Origin: Heterodontus francisci
Taxonomy: Eukaryota
Direction of reading: 5' to 3'
DNA: 64,000 bases
NCBI RefSeq assembly: GCF_036365525.1
Contig: NC_090407.1
Coordinates: 12,653,441-12,717,440 of the forward strand
Below are positions 10,805-23,404 of this stretch, one piece after another. The position numbers and the translations under genes were made by a program. Under the pieces are notes generated by a model. It did no database searches and was not told the DNA's origin. It saw only the letters and a program-made list of their open reading frames with translations. The first letter of the stretch is position 1. Every line of letters begins with the position of its first letter.

Positions 10805-12667
10805 GATCCTGTTGATAGTTGTGGCTTCAATGATTATGTCCACCACCTGGATTTTAAGTTCCCATGTTTTCCACCATTCACCTGAAAATAAACATAGTTG
10901 TCAGGGGAAATATGTTCTTTTGTCATATACATTGGGTTAAAAGGAATATGATATGTACACTACCCTATCTAGAATATAAAAAGATGCAACAAGGAAAGGC
11001 TTTTGGACCCATCAAACTACTTCCACATGCCATGGACAATCTACCCAAACATGGATTCAGCACGATGCATGTAATCTCCCTGAGCGATACTTCTTCAAAC
11101 ATAATCCTTGATCCTCAATGGTAATTGAACAAAATCCAGAATATTCATCACCCTTACATACCTAAAACCTAATCTTGGTCTGCTATCATCCAGCCAACAA
11201 TTCCACCCCCACCCCCCACCCCACCACTCCACAATGCTACCGAACAAAAAAACATTCACTCCATTCTGCTTCTTGACCCCATACTGTCCCACTGAATTTT
11301 AAAAGCAGTGGAGTGGGCTGGGCTAGGCAAACCAGCTGACCACCTTATTTCCCATCTCTCCAACCACTGACCCAAAGGATCACCAAAAAGTGGGGGCACA
11401 TGCTGAGGCAGTGGTTGCTGGTCTAACGATAGAAGAGGTAGGGCCTAGTAGTGATAATCTCTCCTTCTACAATGACTCCCAGCCCTCTTTGCTTGAAAGG
11501 CCTCCTTCCAGTTTGAGATCTTGAATTAAAATTTTTCTGAAATCTTGCCCCCTTTAAAGGTCCCCCTTCTCCACCAAGTTGCTCCGCGACAGGTGTTCCA
11601 CTGAAATGTTTGCATCGTTAGATGATCACAGGAATGCTTACACATAGCACTTACTGATCACTTAGGTTTTAGATGAAAATGCACTGAACAGTATACCCTG
11701 CCATTAAGGGCCAATCTCAAACTAATGATCAAAAAATACTTGCATTTATATAGCACCTTTCACAACTGTAGGACAACCCAAAATGCTTTACAGCCAACAA
11801 AGTACTTTGAAGTGTAGTCATACAAACATATGAATTAAGAGCAGGAATAGGCCACTCGGCCCCTCGAGCCTGCTCCACTATTCAATAAGATCATGGCTGA
11901 TCTGATTTCCGGTCTAGCCCCGATAACCTTTCACCTCCTTGCTTATCAAGAATCTATCCACCTCTGCCTTAAAAATATTCAAAGACTCTGCTTCCACCGC
12001 CTTTTGAGGAAGAGAGTTCCAAAGACTCAAGGCCCTCCGAGAGAAAAAGTTTCTCCTCATTTCTGTCTTAAATGGGTGACCCCTTATTTTTAAACAGTGA
12101 CCCTAATTCTAGATTCTCACACAGAGGAAACATCTTTTCCACATCCACTCTGTCAAGACCCCTCAGGATCTTCTATGTTGCAATCAAGTCACCTCTTACT
12201 CTTCCAAACCCCAGCAGATGCAAGCCTAGCCTGTCCAACCTTTCCTCATAAGACAGCCCGTCCATTCCAGGTATTAGTCTAGTAAACCTTCTCTGAACTG
12301 CTTCCAATGCATTTACATCCTTCCTTAAATAAGGACACAAATACTGTACACTGTACTCCAGGTGTGGTCTCACCAATGCCCTATATAACTGTAGCATAAC
12401 CTCCCTACTTTTGTATTCAATTCCCTTTCAATAAACGATAACACTCCATTAGCTTTCCTAATTACTTATATACCTGCATTCTAACCTTTCGCGATTCATG
12501 CACTAGGACACTCAGATCCCCCTGCATCTCAAAGCTCTGCAATCACTCACCATTTAGATAATATGCTTTTTTATTCTTCCTGCCAAAATGGGCAACTTCA
12601 CATTTTCCCACATTATACTCCATTTGTCAGATTTTTGCCTACTCACTTAGCTAACTATATCCCTTTG

Positions 12668-12917
12668 CCTTGACCAATTAGAGTCAAGCTGCCTGGCTTA
12701 AATTTCAAACAAAGCTTGACAGTTAACTGTCAGTCACTGTAAACTGGTGCATTCTCCATGGCAGCACCTCTACCAATCAGAGTTCACTTGCCAACCAATC
12801 AACACTCTCTTCTCGTGCAGTATAAGTTGTTGATTTATCTTACATTGGTTATTCCTGCGTAGTGTCCTGATGAGTGCAAGACGAAAAGCTTTGACAACAT
12901 GTCTCTATTTTCAGCAA
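12668..12917 (+). mobile_element. Penelope-type pLTR fragment (family B) inserted in the CR1 RT
   Basis: interrupts CR1 just after FADDTKIG; carries CCAAT boxes, a TATA-like tataag and a hammerhead motif. Confidence 0.7.
12863..12896 (+). ncRNA. minimal type I hammerhead ribozyme motif
   Basis: tgtc-CTGATGA-gt(gcaag)ac-GAAA-agct-TT-gaca: intact core, helix I tgtc/gaca, palindromic helix III AAGCTT. Confidence 0.7.
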
Positions 12918-14187
12918 TTTATGACCTATCTTTGTGTCATCAGCAAATGTAGCAACCATACCTTCGATCCCTTCATCCAAGTCAGTTATATAAATTGTAA
13001 AATGTTGAGGCCCCAGCACAGATCCCTGTGGCACATCATTCGTTACATCTTGCCAACCAAAAAACGATCCATTTATGCCTACTCTCTTTTTCCTGTTAGC
13101 TAGCCAATCTTCTATGCATGCCAATATATTACCCCCAACACCATGAGCTTTTATTTTCTGCATTAACCTTTGATGTGGCACCTTATCAAATGCCTTTCGG
13201 AAATCTAAGTACAGTACATTGACTGGTTCTCCTTTATCCACAGCACATATTACTTCTTCAAGGAACTCAAATAAATTGGTTAAACATGATTTCCCTTTCA
13301 CAAATCCACATTGACTCTGCCTGATTACCTTGAATTTTTCACAGTGCCCTGCTATAACATCTTTAACAACAGCTTCTAACATTTTCCCTATGACAGATGT
13401 TAAGCTAACTGGCCTGTAGTTTCCTGCTTTCTGTCTCCCTCCCTTTTTGAATAAAGGAGTTATATTCACTATTTTCCAATCTAATGGAACATTTGGAGTC
13501 TAGGGAATTTTGGAAAATTGAAACCAACGGATCAACTATCTCACAAGCCATTTCTTTTAAGACCCTAGGATGAAGCCCATCAGGAACCAGGGACTTGTTA
13601 GCCCACAGCTCCAACAATTTGCTCGGTACCACTTCCCTGGTGATTGTTGTAACATAGGAAGCCAATTTGCGCACAGCAAGCTCTTACAAATACCAATGTA
13701 AGAATGACCAGATAATCTGTTTTTGTGATGTCAATTGAGGATAAATATTGGCCAGGACACTGAGGATAACTCCCCTACTCTTCTTCAAAATGAGACTATG
13801 GGATCCTGAGAAAGAAGACAGGGCCTCAGTTTAAGGTCATAACCAAAGGTTGGCACTGCCACCAGTACCACACTAGGGCATTAGTCTTGTTTTTTGTGTT
13901 CAATTGGGATTTGAACCCACAACTTTTAAAGTCAGAAGCAACAGTGCTACTAAGTGAGCCATGATATGTACTTGCTGGTGTTTTACATGTTCTCCATTAT
14001 GTAATCATGGTGAATGGTTAACATTGAGAAAAAATAGAATGAAAAGAACTATTTTTGAAAATTGATCTCACTCAGGCCAATAGTTATTGAACTATAATTA
14101 GCCTCAGTCCCTGGACTAGGGAAGCAAAGAGGAAAATTCAGTCAGCAATCTCACTCCTGATCACTATCTAAGAACCGTGTACACATG

Positions 14188-14893
14188 GGGCTGGATTTTG
14201 TGCTGGAGACGGGGCTCCCGCACCGGGCCGAAAAGATGGGGGGGAGCCCTGCGTCTGCTTTTTTGTGCCCCCCAGAGTGATCCTCTGGCCGTTTTGAATC
14301 AAAGTTTTAGGAGGTGTGATCTCCATTCCTTTAAAGATTTTAAAGAGATGGGAATCCTGCCTCCAAGAGCTACTGGCCAATCAGTATTGGCAGCGCCACC
14401 ACAGCAGTGGCCACTGCTGGTCCTGCAAAGCCCTTGGCTCCAGGCCCAGGGGTGGAACCCAGGAATAGAGGTAGGTGAGGCGTGGTCGCCAGGGTCAGTC
14501 TGGAAGGCCCAGGCGAGGTGGGATGGAAGGGTGGTTGTTCAGTCCAGGGGGAGGGGGGTCCTAGGGGATAAAGTTGTTTCCAGTGGTGGTCTTTCGCAGC
14601 CACAAATTGCACATCCTCCCTGTGCGGCAGAGGACCCCCCACTGCTGGCAAGATCCCAGCCGAGGCGGGTAGAGACTTAATAGGCCACTTAAGAGCATCA
14701 ATTGGCCTCTGGGCGGGAAGGCTGTCATTGGCTTATCTGCCCTTGGGAAGATCACTGGGCAACAGGAGGTGACAGGCCTGCAACCTCCTGCAACCACCCC
14801 TCCACCCCCCCGCCCCCCACCGTGCTACCTGTCCCGACTCGCCGTGCTCCCCACCTCCAACCCTTCCTCAGGGGGGCCTGTAAAATCTCAGCC
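14188..14893. mobile_element. GC-rich non-autonomous PIF/Harbinger-type element inserted in a SINE-like repeat
   Basis: termini GGGCTGGATTTT / AAAATCTCAGCC with flanking 3-bp ATG duplication; the host repeat resembles 20835-21250. Confidence 0.7.
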
Positions 14894-15259
14894 ATGATAT
14901 TGGGTCAGGACAGAATTAGGTTCGACTGTGATACCCACCCAGATCAAATAGCATCGTGGCACTCAGTGTCCTGGCTCATACATAGGGAATGGCCACTTGA
15001 GCGAGGCACTGAAGTGTTGCTAACGCCTATGAGCTATACTGCTCCTTCCGGAGAAGAGAGGAGAAACTAAACCACAGCAAAAAACATAAAAATAACTTCA
15101 ACTCCACATAGAATCATATAACGCAGAGGGGGGCCATTTGGCTCATCACGCCTGTGCTAGTGAAATCTAATTAACAAATCAGAAGCACTGGGTGTAACAT
15201 TCCAACTTTGTATTGCCAGCATGAACTTCACATGCCAGCAATGTACGTAAGAAATTCAC

Positions 15260-15640
15260 AGGAACACAAGAAATAGGAGTGGGAGTAGACCGTATGGACT
15301 GTCAAGCCTCCTCCGCCATTCCATAGGATCATGGCTGATCTTTGGGCTTCAACTCCACTTTCCCGCCTGCCCTCCTTTGATTCCCTGAGAGACCAAAAAA
15401 CCCAACCTTAAATATATTCAATGATGGAGCATCCACAACCCTCTGGGGTAGAGAATTCCAAAGATTCACAATCCTTTGAGTGAAGTAATTTCTCCTCATC
15501 TCAGTCCTAAATGATCAGCCCCTTATCCTGAGACTGTGCCTCCATGTTTTAGATTCCCCGACCAGCAGAAGCAATCTTTCAGCATCTACCCTATCAAGCC
15601 ACTTCAGAATCTTGTATGTTTCAATGAGATCACCTCTCGC
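15260..15640 (-). mobile_element. CR1 3' fragment
   Basis: RGDLIETYKILKWLDRVDAERL plus CR1 tail. Confidence 0.85.
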
Positions 15641-15865
15641 GGTGCCTATGATTATGAAAGGATTGACTTTAATGCGTGGGAAATCCTGTCCTAATTTCCA
15701 AGATGATCTATCTACGATCAAGGGGTCTGTCCCTCACTCCTTGAGACACCCCCCAACCTCCAAGCAACACAATCAAAAAAATAACTCCAGTAATTGAGTG
15801 ATGTGAGAGAGAGAGCGATACATAGATAGATAAATATTAATGACGAGAATACATGTTTTTCTGAT

Positions 15866-16521
15866 GGTTGCCTGTGTCCTCAGTACCTTGCTCTACGGCA
15901 GCGAGGTCTGGACAACATATGTCAGCCAAGAGCGATGTCTCAATTCATTCCATCTTCGCTGCCTCCGGAGAATCCTTGGCATCAGGTGGCAGGACTGTAT
16001 CTCCAACACAGAAGTCCTCGAGGCGGCTAACATCCCCAGCTTATACACCCTACTGAGCCAACGGTGCTTGAGATGGCTTGGCCATGTGAGCCGCATGGAA
16101 GATGGCAGGATCCCCAAGGACACATTGTACAGCGAGCTCGTCACTGGTATCAGACCCACCGGCCGTCCATGCCTCCGCTTTAAAGACGTCTGCGAACGCG
16201 ACATGAAGTCCTGTGATATTGATCACAAGTCGTGGGAGTCAGTTGCCAGCGATCACCAGAGCTGGCGGGCAGCCATAAAGGCGGGGCTAAAGTGTGGCGA
16301 GTGGAAGAGACTTAGCAGTTGGCAGGAAAAAAGACAGAAGCGCAAGGGGAGAGCCAACTGTGTAACAACCCCGACAACCAATTTTATCTGCAGCACCTGT
16401 GGAAGAGCCTGTCACTAAAATTGGCCTTTATAACCACTCCAGGCACTGCTCCACAAACCACTGACCACCTCCAGGCGCTTACCCATTGTCTCCCGAGACA
16501 AGGAGGCTAAAGAAGAAGAAG
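15866..16521 (+). mobile_element. RTE LINE, 5'-truncated copy
   Basis: LSTLLYGSEVW...LRWLGHVSRMEDGRIPKDTLY; (GAA)n tail; same family as 23405-26062. Confidence 0.92.
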
Positions 16522-16679
16522 GTTGATGGAAAAATGTTGGCCAGGACACGGAGAAGAACTCCCCTGGCTCTTCCTGGAATAGTGCCACGAAATCATTTAC
16601 ATCTGTCTGAGAAGGCAAACAGAATGTTGGTTAAAAATTTCATCCACAAGATGGATGGCCCACTCAGAGTAGCCTGAAC

Positions 16680-17920
16680 AGTAGCAGAGGAGCATTACGC
16701 CAAGAATGGTCAATGAGACGATCATTAGGGTCTGCAAAGGGTGTTTTTGCTACCTTGCTAAGTCAGAAGGGCCTCTGCAATATGCTACAGTTTATGTGTC
16801 CTGCAAAGGTGAAGCCTGCTACGTCCTGCACAATGTTGCTACATAAAAAGACCTGCACAGGGACAGTGCTTGGGATCTGCCCTTAGCTGCTTTGGAGGCA
16901 GAAGTACATGGAGGAGAGCATCACCATGACCTTCACAGAGAGCTTTCCTCAGTGACTTGCTGCAAGAAGCATCAGAACATGTCTCATCACTGAACTCTTC
17001 CGTTTAACACTGTTCATCTTTAACCCCAGTGCATCACTTCCTTCTTCTTCATCTTCAAATAAAGGAAAAATCCAAAATCGAGTAGGTAGTCTCAAACATA
17101 ATCATAAGTCAGCCATCTATGTTCCTCCATGAACATGCCAATAATCATTACCCGATTGAATAAGTCAGCATCAATAATTGCACCCTTTCCTGTACAACTA
17201 ACCATCTTGTACAACATAAGTGCAGCTTCTATTTTAATACAAGAATGTCTGAAGTGAACACAAGCCAATCTATTTTTTCCTAACATCATGCTTCCCTTGG
17301 GTGTCTATATGTCTCTTTCTTTCACCTAATCTAGTGCTTCTCCTAGGTTGCTCATTTTGTACAAAAGCACTATGGAACTCTTCTTGTGGCAGCTTACTCC
17401 TGGCAGGGTGCTGATGCCAGCTATATCTCTGGAATTTATGCATGACCAGCCTGATGTTACCTCTCATATTCCACGGGTGGTGTGCTCTGAGGGAAAGCCA
17501 GAGGCCTGACATGTACTGCTCTCTGAAGAGTTGACAGTATCGGGCATGTGGAGTCCAGCCATTACCATTCCAGTAGCTCCTGGATCTGTGTCTTCACTGA
17601 TCATTGGAACGACTGTTCTCAGATCTTGAAATACCTGAGAGACAGTAGCATGCATTGTGGCCACCATGGTTATCATGATGACTATTCTCTTCCCTATTCC
17701 AACAGAGCTGTGATCTGTATTTCCATGGAGTTGTAGGTACTGACAGGTCCTTGACCACCTATCAGATTTGATCACCTGCTGCAGATTCCACTGATGTCTA
17801 CAGTGATAAAAGTAAAAGCTTTCCAGATGTTGCCCCAAATGAGAAGTTGGGCACTTAAGTTGTTGCTGTGCTTCCTCAGAAACTGACCTCAAAATCTGCC
17901 TGTAGCTACAATGTTCATCA
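16680..17920 (+). mobile_element. old Harbinger remnant (transposase C-terminus plus downstream sequence)
   Basis: about 16706-16843 reads MVNETIIRVCKGCFCYLAKSEGPLQY...ACYVLHNVA, matching the HARBI1-type C-terminus seen at 40.7 kb; right boundary uncertain. Confidence 0.5.
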
Positions 17921-17929
17921 AACAGTGAC

Positions 17930-18170
17930 AACAGAAACTTGCATTTATCTAGCGCTTTTAATGTAGTAAAACATCCCACGGTATTTCATAGGAGCATTAC
18001 CAAACAAAATTTGACACTGAGCCACATAAGGAGATATTAGAACAGGTGACCAGAAGCTTGGTCAAAGAGTTAGTTTTAAGAAGTATTTTAAAGGAAGATA
18101 GAGATGGAGAGGTTTAGGGAGGAAATTCCAAAGCTTAGGGCCTAGGCAGTTGAAGACCTGACTACTATTG
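17930..18170 (-). mobile_element. L2 LINE 3' end
   Basis: aacttgcatttatctagcgcttttaatgtagtaaaacatccc tail; sister copies at about 7505-7830, 31515-31970 and 63845-64000. Confidence 0.75.
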
Positions 18171-18179
18171 CTGAATCTC

Positions 18180-19005
18180 TCATAGAATCATAGAAAGTTT
18201 ACAGCACAGAAAGAGGTCACTTGGCCCATTGTCTCTGAGCCGGCTGAAAAACGAGCCACCCAGCCTAATCCCACCTTCCAGCATTTGGTCCGTAGCCCTG
18301 CAGATTACGGCACTTGAGCTGCATATCCAGACTCCTTTAAAATGAGTTGAGGGTTTCTGCCTTTACTACCCGTTCAGGCAGTGAGTACCACCCTCTGGGT
18401 GAAAAACGTTTCCTCATCTCCCCTCTAATCTTCTATGAATCACTTTAAATCTATGCCCCCTAGTCACTGACATCTTTATTAAGGTAAATAGGTCCTTCCC
18501 ATCCACTCTATCCAGGCCCCTCACAATTTTGTAAATCTCAATCTAATCTCCCCTCAGCGTCCTCTGTTCCAAGGAGAACAACCCCAGCCTATCCAATCTT
18601 TCCTCAAAGCTGCCTTTTTCCAGTCCTGGCAACATCCTTGTAAATCTCTGTATCCTCTCTAGTGCAATTACATCCTTTCTGTAATGAGGTGACCAGAACT
18701 GCACACAGTACTCAAGTTGTGGCCTAACTAATGATTATACAGTTCCAGCATAGCCTCCCTGCTCTTGTATTCTATACCTCGGCTAATAAAGAAAAGGATT
18801 CCAAATGCCTTCTTAACCACCTTACCGACCTGTCCTGCTACCTTCAGGGATCTGTGGACATTCACTTCAAGGTCCCTCACTTCCTCTACACCTCTCAGTG
18901 TATTCCTTTGCTTTGTTTAACCTCCCCCAGTGCATCACCTCACACTTCTCTGAGTTGGATTCCATTTTTCACTTTTCTGTCCACCTGACCAGTCCATTGA
19001 TATCC
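18180..19005 (-). mobile_element. CR1 3' fragment
   Basis: catagaatcataga tail and CR1 ORF2 C-terminal text. Confidence 0.85.
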
Positions 19006-20834
19006 ATTTTAGGTAAGTTCCCATGTCTCCCCAAGAAATATCAAGTAGGTCACAAATTCCTCATCTCTGTGCCTAATATTTAAATTCTTTGAGTGCCACA
19101 GCCTATTCCCGCAGCCTCCCATGGTAAAATGGCACATATTGAACTATGTTCTACACCCTCCTCATGCTTTGTGAATCCCCTGGTACCACATCCACACTAA
19201 ACCCTATCTAATTTCCACCCCAGGAGAAAGTATTTGAGTTGGTGCATGGAAGTGAAGAAACAAGTGATGCAAGGTATGAATTTGAAGGGTGTCGAGGCAG
19301 AGGAACACAGTGGAGGGGGTTGCAGGAACTCACGGGTGGGCTCCAGTCTAAATTTTCCTTCTTCACTTTCCTGTTCATCATCTTTCTTCTTGCGTTCCTC
19401 ATTATCATCATAGTTCACACGGAGGTAGTTGTGTCTCTCCTCTTGATCATCATCATCCTCTGATAAATTGTTCCTTTTTATCTACTGCTCCCACCCAGCC
19501 CCAGCCTGCTGCTGTAATCTTTAGTCAGAACAGGTTTTATAAAGGCTGCACTCTAATTTCAATGCACTCTAACAGATTTGCTTCATTTTAAATCGGTTTA
19601 CTCCCAATCACCATATCCTGCAGTACTCTTCAACCAGATTCTCTGGGGTAGATTTTACCATTTCACATTCCAGGCTTGGAGAGCTATGTGATAAAAGCAC
19701 TAATTGGAATATTAGCATGCAGGTGAAGAATTTGACCCTACTTCATATTTCACCCCTTAAAATGAATTGGATGGAAAGTCAGGCAGGCTGTGAATTGGGA
19801 GCAGCAATCTCTGGGCTCATTATTCCGATTTGTGCTCCTGCCATGTGACATTCTGTGCTGAGAGTGCTAAATGGGTGAATTTGTCCCATAGATCTCTGCT
19901 GTGAATTGAAATTCACAATGAAATTGTGTAGCTCTTGCAGGTAGTAAAAGGGTGCACCACCTAAATAGAAATAGTTTGACAAACCTTCTCTAATCACGCA
20001 TATGACACGTAGCCTGAAGACATATTGAAACATTACACAATTCTGCATGATGTCATTGTGAACAAAAGGACCAATGGCTCTTCTTCGACACCATGCACAA
20101 AAAAAATTGCCAAATATTTATTTCATGCCCCTTTAAAAATGTAACAACTTTTAAAGCATCTTAAATTGTTCTGAATTGGCTCTAGTGTTAGCAGCTTTTT
20201 GGGTTGATGTCTACGTAGGAATTACATTTTGGATAGAGCTTCATTGTTGACCACTCCAATATCTCTCTCAACCCACTGTGATTTTTCCCTTTAGATAAAA
20301 ATAGTTGCCAAGCTTTGCCGCTATGATCTGATCTAGTTAACACTGTGAATTTCTTTAAACACGCCACTACCCATGTTAGGTATTCATCTCACCTGATGAA
20401 ATGGATCTATATAGAATCATGGAATGCTAGAGCACAGAAGGAGGCCATTCAGCTCATCATGTTTGTGCCAGCTCTCTGCAACAGCAACTCATCTAGTCCC
20501 ACTCCCCTGCCTTTCCCAAAATCTAAGAACAATCACATTGAGCTGGTACAATAAAAGGAAATTGCAGTGACTCACAACATAAAATCTCAGTTGATATATT
20601 TTCATGATGTCGCGGTGTAAGATTGTTTCATCATTGGAACCAAATCCTTTTGCTTGATGACATCATAGGCTTCTTTATGTGGCATCACAGTACCAGAGAA
20701 ATCTATAGTCGGCCAGAGACAGGAACCCATACCCTTCATTATTATCTACATTGAGCTTGCAACTCCTTTATGCTATGGGTTTTGATCAGAGATGAAGGAT
20801 TTATCATCTAATTAAATAGATTCTCACAAGCTTG

Positions 20835-21250
20835 TCCAATTGCTCAGTTGGTAAAGGCAATGAACAACCACAGGTCTGAAATTCAAGTCCTGATTTGTGC
20901 TGAGTTAGTTGATCTCAGCCAGGGTGGCAATGAGGGAACAACAATTTGCCTAATTTCCCCCGAGCAAGAAGGGAAAATAAATATTCACCTGGGAATCATT
21001 CTCCAAATCGCCACCCTGCAGGAGTTGTGCCTGTGTGGACATCAGGTGAGGATAGGCTTGGACTTAGCTTTGTTGTCCACCCATGCCACCACAGCATCCC
21101 TCCCTCCCCCCTGCCCACTCTTCCTGCCCCATCATCATGTAATAGCCATCTACTCACTGTCTGGACTCACACATGAAGAATGCCTATTTGAGATATCAGA
21201 CGAAAAATTACACTGTCCTGCAGTGAAGGTCAGTGTCTTTGAGAGGTGAG
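20835..21250 (+). mobile_element. old tRNA-derived SINE-like repeat (family not identified)
   Basis: A-box-like gctcagttggta; tgtgctgagttagttgatctcagc shared with 49210-49320; related pieces at about 5400-5610, 14060-15070, 42600-42930 and 49440-49680. Confidence 0.55.
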
Positions 21251-21869
21251 AAAATTGGGGATAAAAAATCTTTGAACATTTTTAAGGCAGGGGTAATAGA
21301 TTCTTGATAAGGAAGGTGGTTGTATGGTTATTGGCGGTAGGCAGGAACGTGGAGTTGAGGTTACAATCAAATCAACCATGATCTTGTTGAATGGCGGAGC
21401 AGGCTCAAGGGGCCAAATGGTGTACTCCTGCTCCTAATTTGTATGTTCATATGTTCATAGAATCTGCAACTGATTCTTAATATAGTTACAACCAATAGAA
21501 GAACAATTAAAATCAGTAGTATTAAGTTATACAGCTATTATCAAACAGGTTGAAAATACACAGTTTAAAAGGTTGATGACTTGATCAGTGTTTGGCAAAC
21601 CTTAGTTTAAGCAGAAGAAAAAGCCATGGACCAATTTCAATATGACAAAGGCACACAATACCTGATCTGAAAGTTATTGTGATTTTCAGTAAGATATTTC
21701 CCTCACTGCATTTCCACTGGCACTGCCAATCCTGATCCCACATTCCAGCAATTTTTGTTGTTACGGTCAAATTTAAATGCAAAGTGTCAAGAAAACATGC
21801 TATGCCAAATGTGGAATTTTAATTCATCAGTTGGACACTTACATTAAACTTAAAAAGGAAACCTGGTAT

Positions 21870-22269
21870 ATTACAGACAACTTTTACAAAGACTTTGCCA
21901 CAGCTAAAAATGGCTGCCACCATTTGCATTTGAAAACCTTGCACATTCCAAGGCTTCAAAAGCGGAGACACATGTCTGATTAGCCTGTACCCGAAACAAT
22001 GGCTTGCCCTACTGATTGATCTACCTGAGATTGCTTTCATTAGCAAGACATTCAAAGCCATCCTGGGACATTAACATTGAAAGGGCGAACCCCCAATGGA
22101 AAATATTGGCACCATGAGGCTTGAGAGATGGAAATTCCTAAACTTGAATCTTATTAGAAGGTACCAGAGAATACACTGAGACAGTTATGTCCATCTCTGT
22201 GAAAGTGGAGAGTTTCCCTTGGACAAGCAGACAAGCCAGTGACTCAATCTGTGCAGAAGCCAGAAGGGC

Positions 22270-22311
<42 letters not shown>

Positions 22312-22815
22312 CCTGTCTCTCTCTCCAGAAGACCTGGTGGGGCATGCAAAGCCAAGCTGCCAGCTGCTAGATCCAAGACAAAGACACTGAGAAGGAAGCT
22401 CTCTGCTCAACTGTCTCCAAGGATGACATCAATGCAGAATTTTAGGACCATGAGTTCAACCAGAAGACCACTAAAGTCACCAGACAACACAGACTGTATT
22501 ATTTTTATTTGTTCTGGACTTTAATCCAACACAAATCTATTCCTCATCATTCTGTACTCTATTTGTGCAAGTGTGATTCTCGTGTGCGTGTGTGTGAAAG
22601 TGTAATTTAATTTTATTATTTTTATTTAGATCGGGTTTAGATTTTTATGTATAATAAACTCACCTCTTTCTTGTTTAAACTAAAGAAAACCTGTCTTTTA
22701 TGATTACAACAATGGTAAAAAGTAAAACACTCACTGAAGTGGTAAGCACATCCACTGTTGAAAAAGGAATAAACCCTGTTGCGGTCAAATAAGAGGAAGG
22801 ACAAGAGGGGAGCCT
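21870..22815 (+). mobile_element. solo-LTR-like element with internal (CT)n microsatellite
   Basis: (CT)n at 22274-22325, TG-rich tract, AATAAA; organisation resembles 56696-57476; boundaries approximate. Confidence 0.45.
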
Positions 22816-22949
22816 TTCAGAAAAATAAATGATAAATAATGAAGAAAGCTAGCCCAATGACTAAACTTCATATGTTGTTTGACTGGTGTAAATTAGAAGT
22901 TTAGCTAGTTCATCATTTTGCATCTTTTGTTACCTGTTGTGTTTTTGGA

Positions 22950-23404
22950 TGATACCAGAACTGAGAGGATATACTTATCAGGATAGGCTGAACAGGGTGG
23001 GGCTCTTTTCTCGAGAAAAGAGAAGGCTGGGGGTGACCTATTAGAGGTCTTTAAAATTATGAAGGGATTTGATAAAGTGTAAGTAGAGAAGATGGTTTCC
23101 ACTTATAAGGAATATCAAAATTGGAGCCTTAAATACAAGATAGCCACCAATAAATCTAATGAAGAATTCAATACTTCTTTCCCCAAGGAGTGGTACGAAT
23201 GTATAACTCACTATCACATGGAGTAGTTGAGGTGCATAGATAGCATAGATGCATTTAAAGGGAAACTAGATAAGTACAGGAGAAAGGACTAGAAGGATAT
23301 GCTGATGGGGTTAAATGAAGGGAGGTGGGAGGACGCTCATGTGGAGCATAAACAGCAACGTGGACCTGAATGGCCATAGGCTGAATGGTCTGTTTCTGTG
23401 CTGT
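22950..23404 (+). mobile_element. CR1 3' end, target of the RTE insertion; its last bases continue at 28031-28060
   Basis: ...ggctgaatggtctgtttctgtgctgt | aaattctatataattatgt is a CR1-type tail split by the insertion. Confidence 0.8.

Larger units (their letters stand above)
11821..13644 (-). mobile_element. CR1 LINE, 5'-truncated RT and 3' UTR
   Basis: GNYRPVSLTS, YLDFRKAFDKVPH, VPQGSVLGP, FADDTK, LYRALVRPHLEY. Confidence 0.95.
11735..13960 (-). mobile_element. Deu SINE split by a CR1 insertion (SINE parts about 11735-11820 and 13645-13960)
   Basis: tail acttgcatttatatagcacc...gtagtca resumes as ttgtaacataggaa after the CR1. Confidence 0.75.

Noticed and set aside
10805-10846. GTG start of the 476-aa ORF given in the track
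   Set aside because: Vertebrate context; the ATG at 10804 directly precedes a signal-peptide-like segment.
17464-19463. 171-aa and acidic ORFs as host exons
   Set aside because: They overlap L2/CR1 pieces and the decayed Harbinger region, with no consistent splice structure or recognisable domain.
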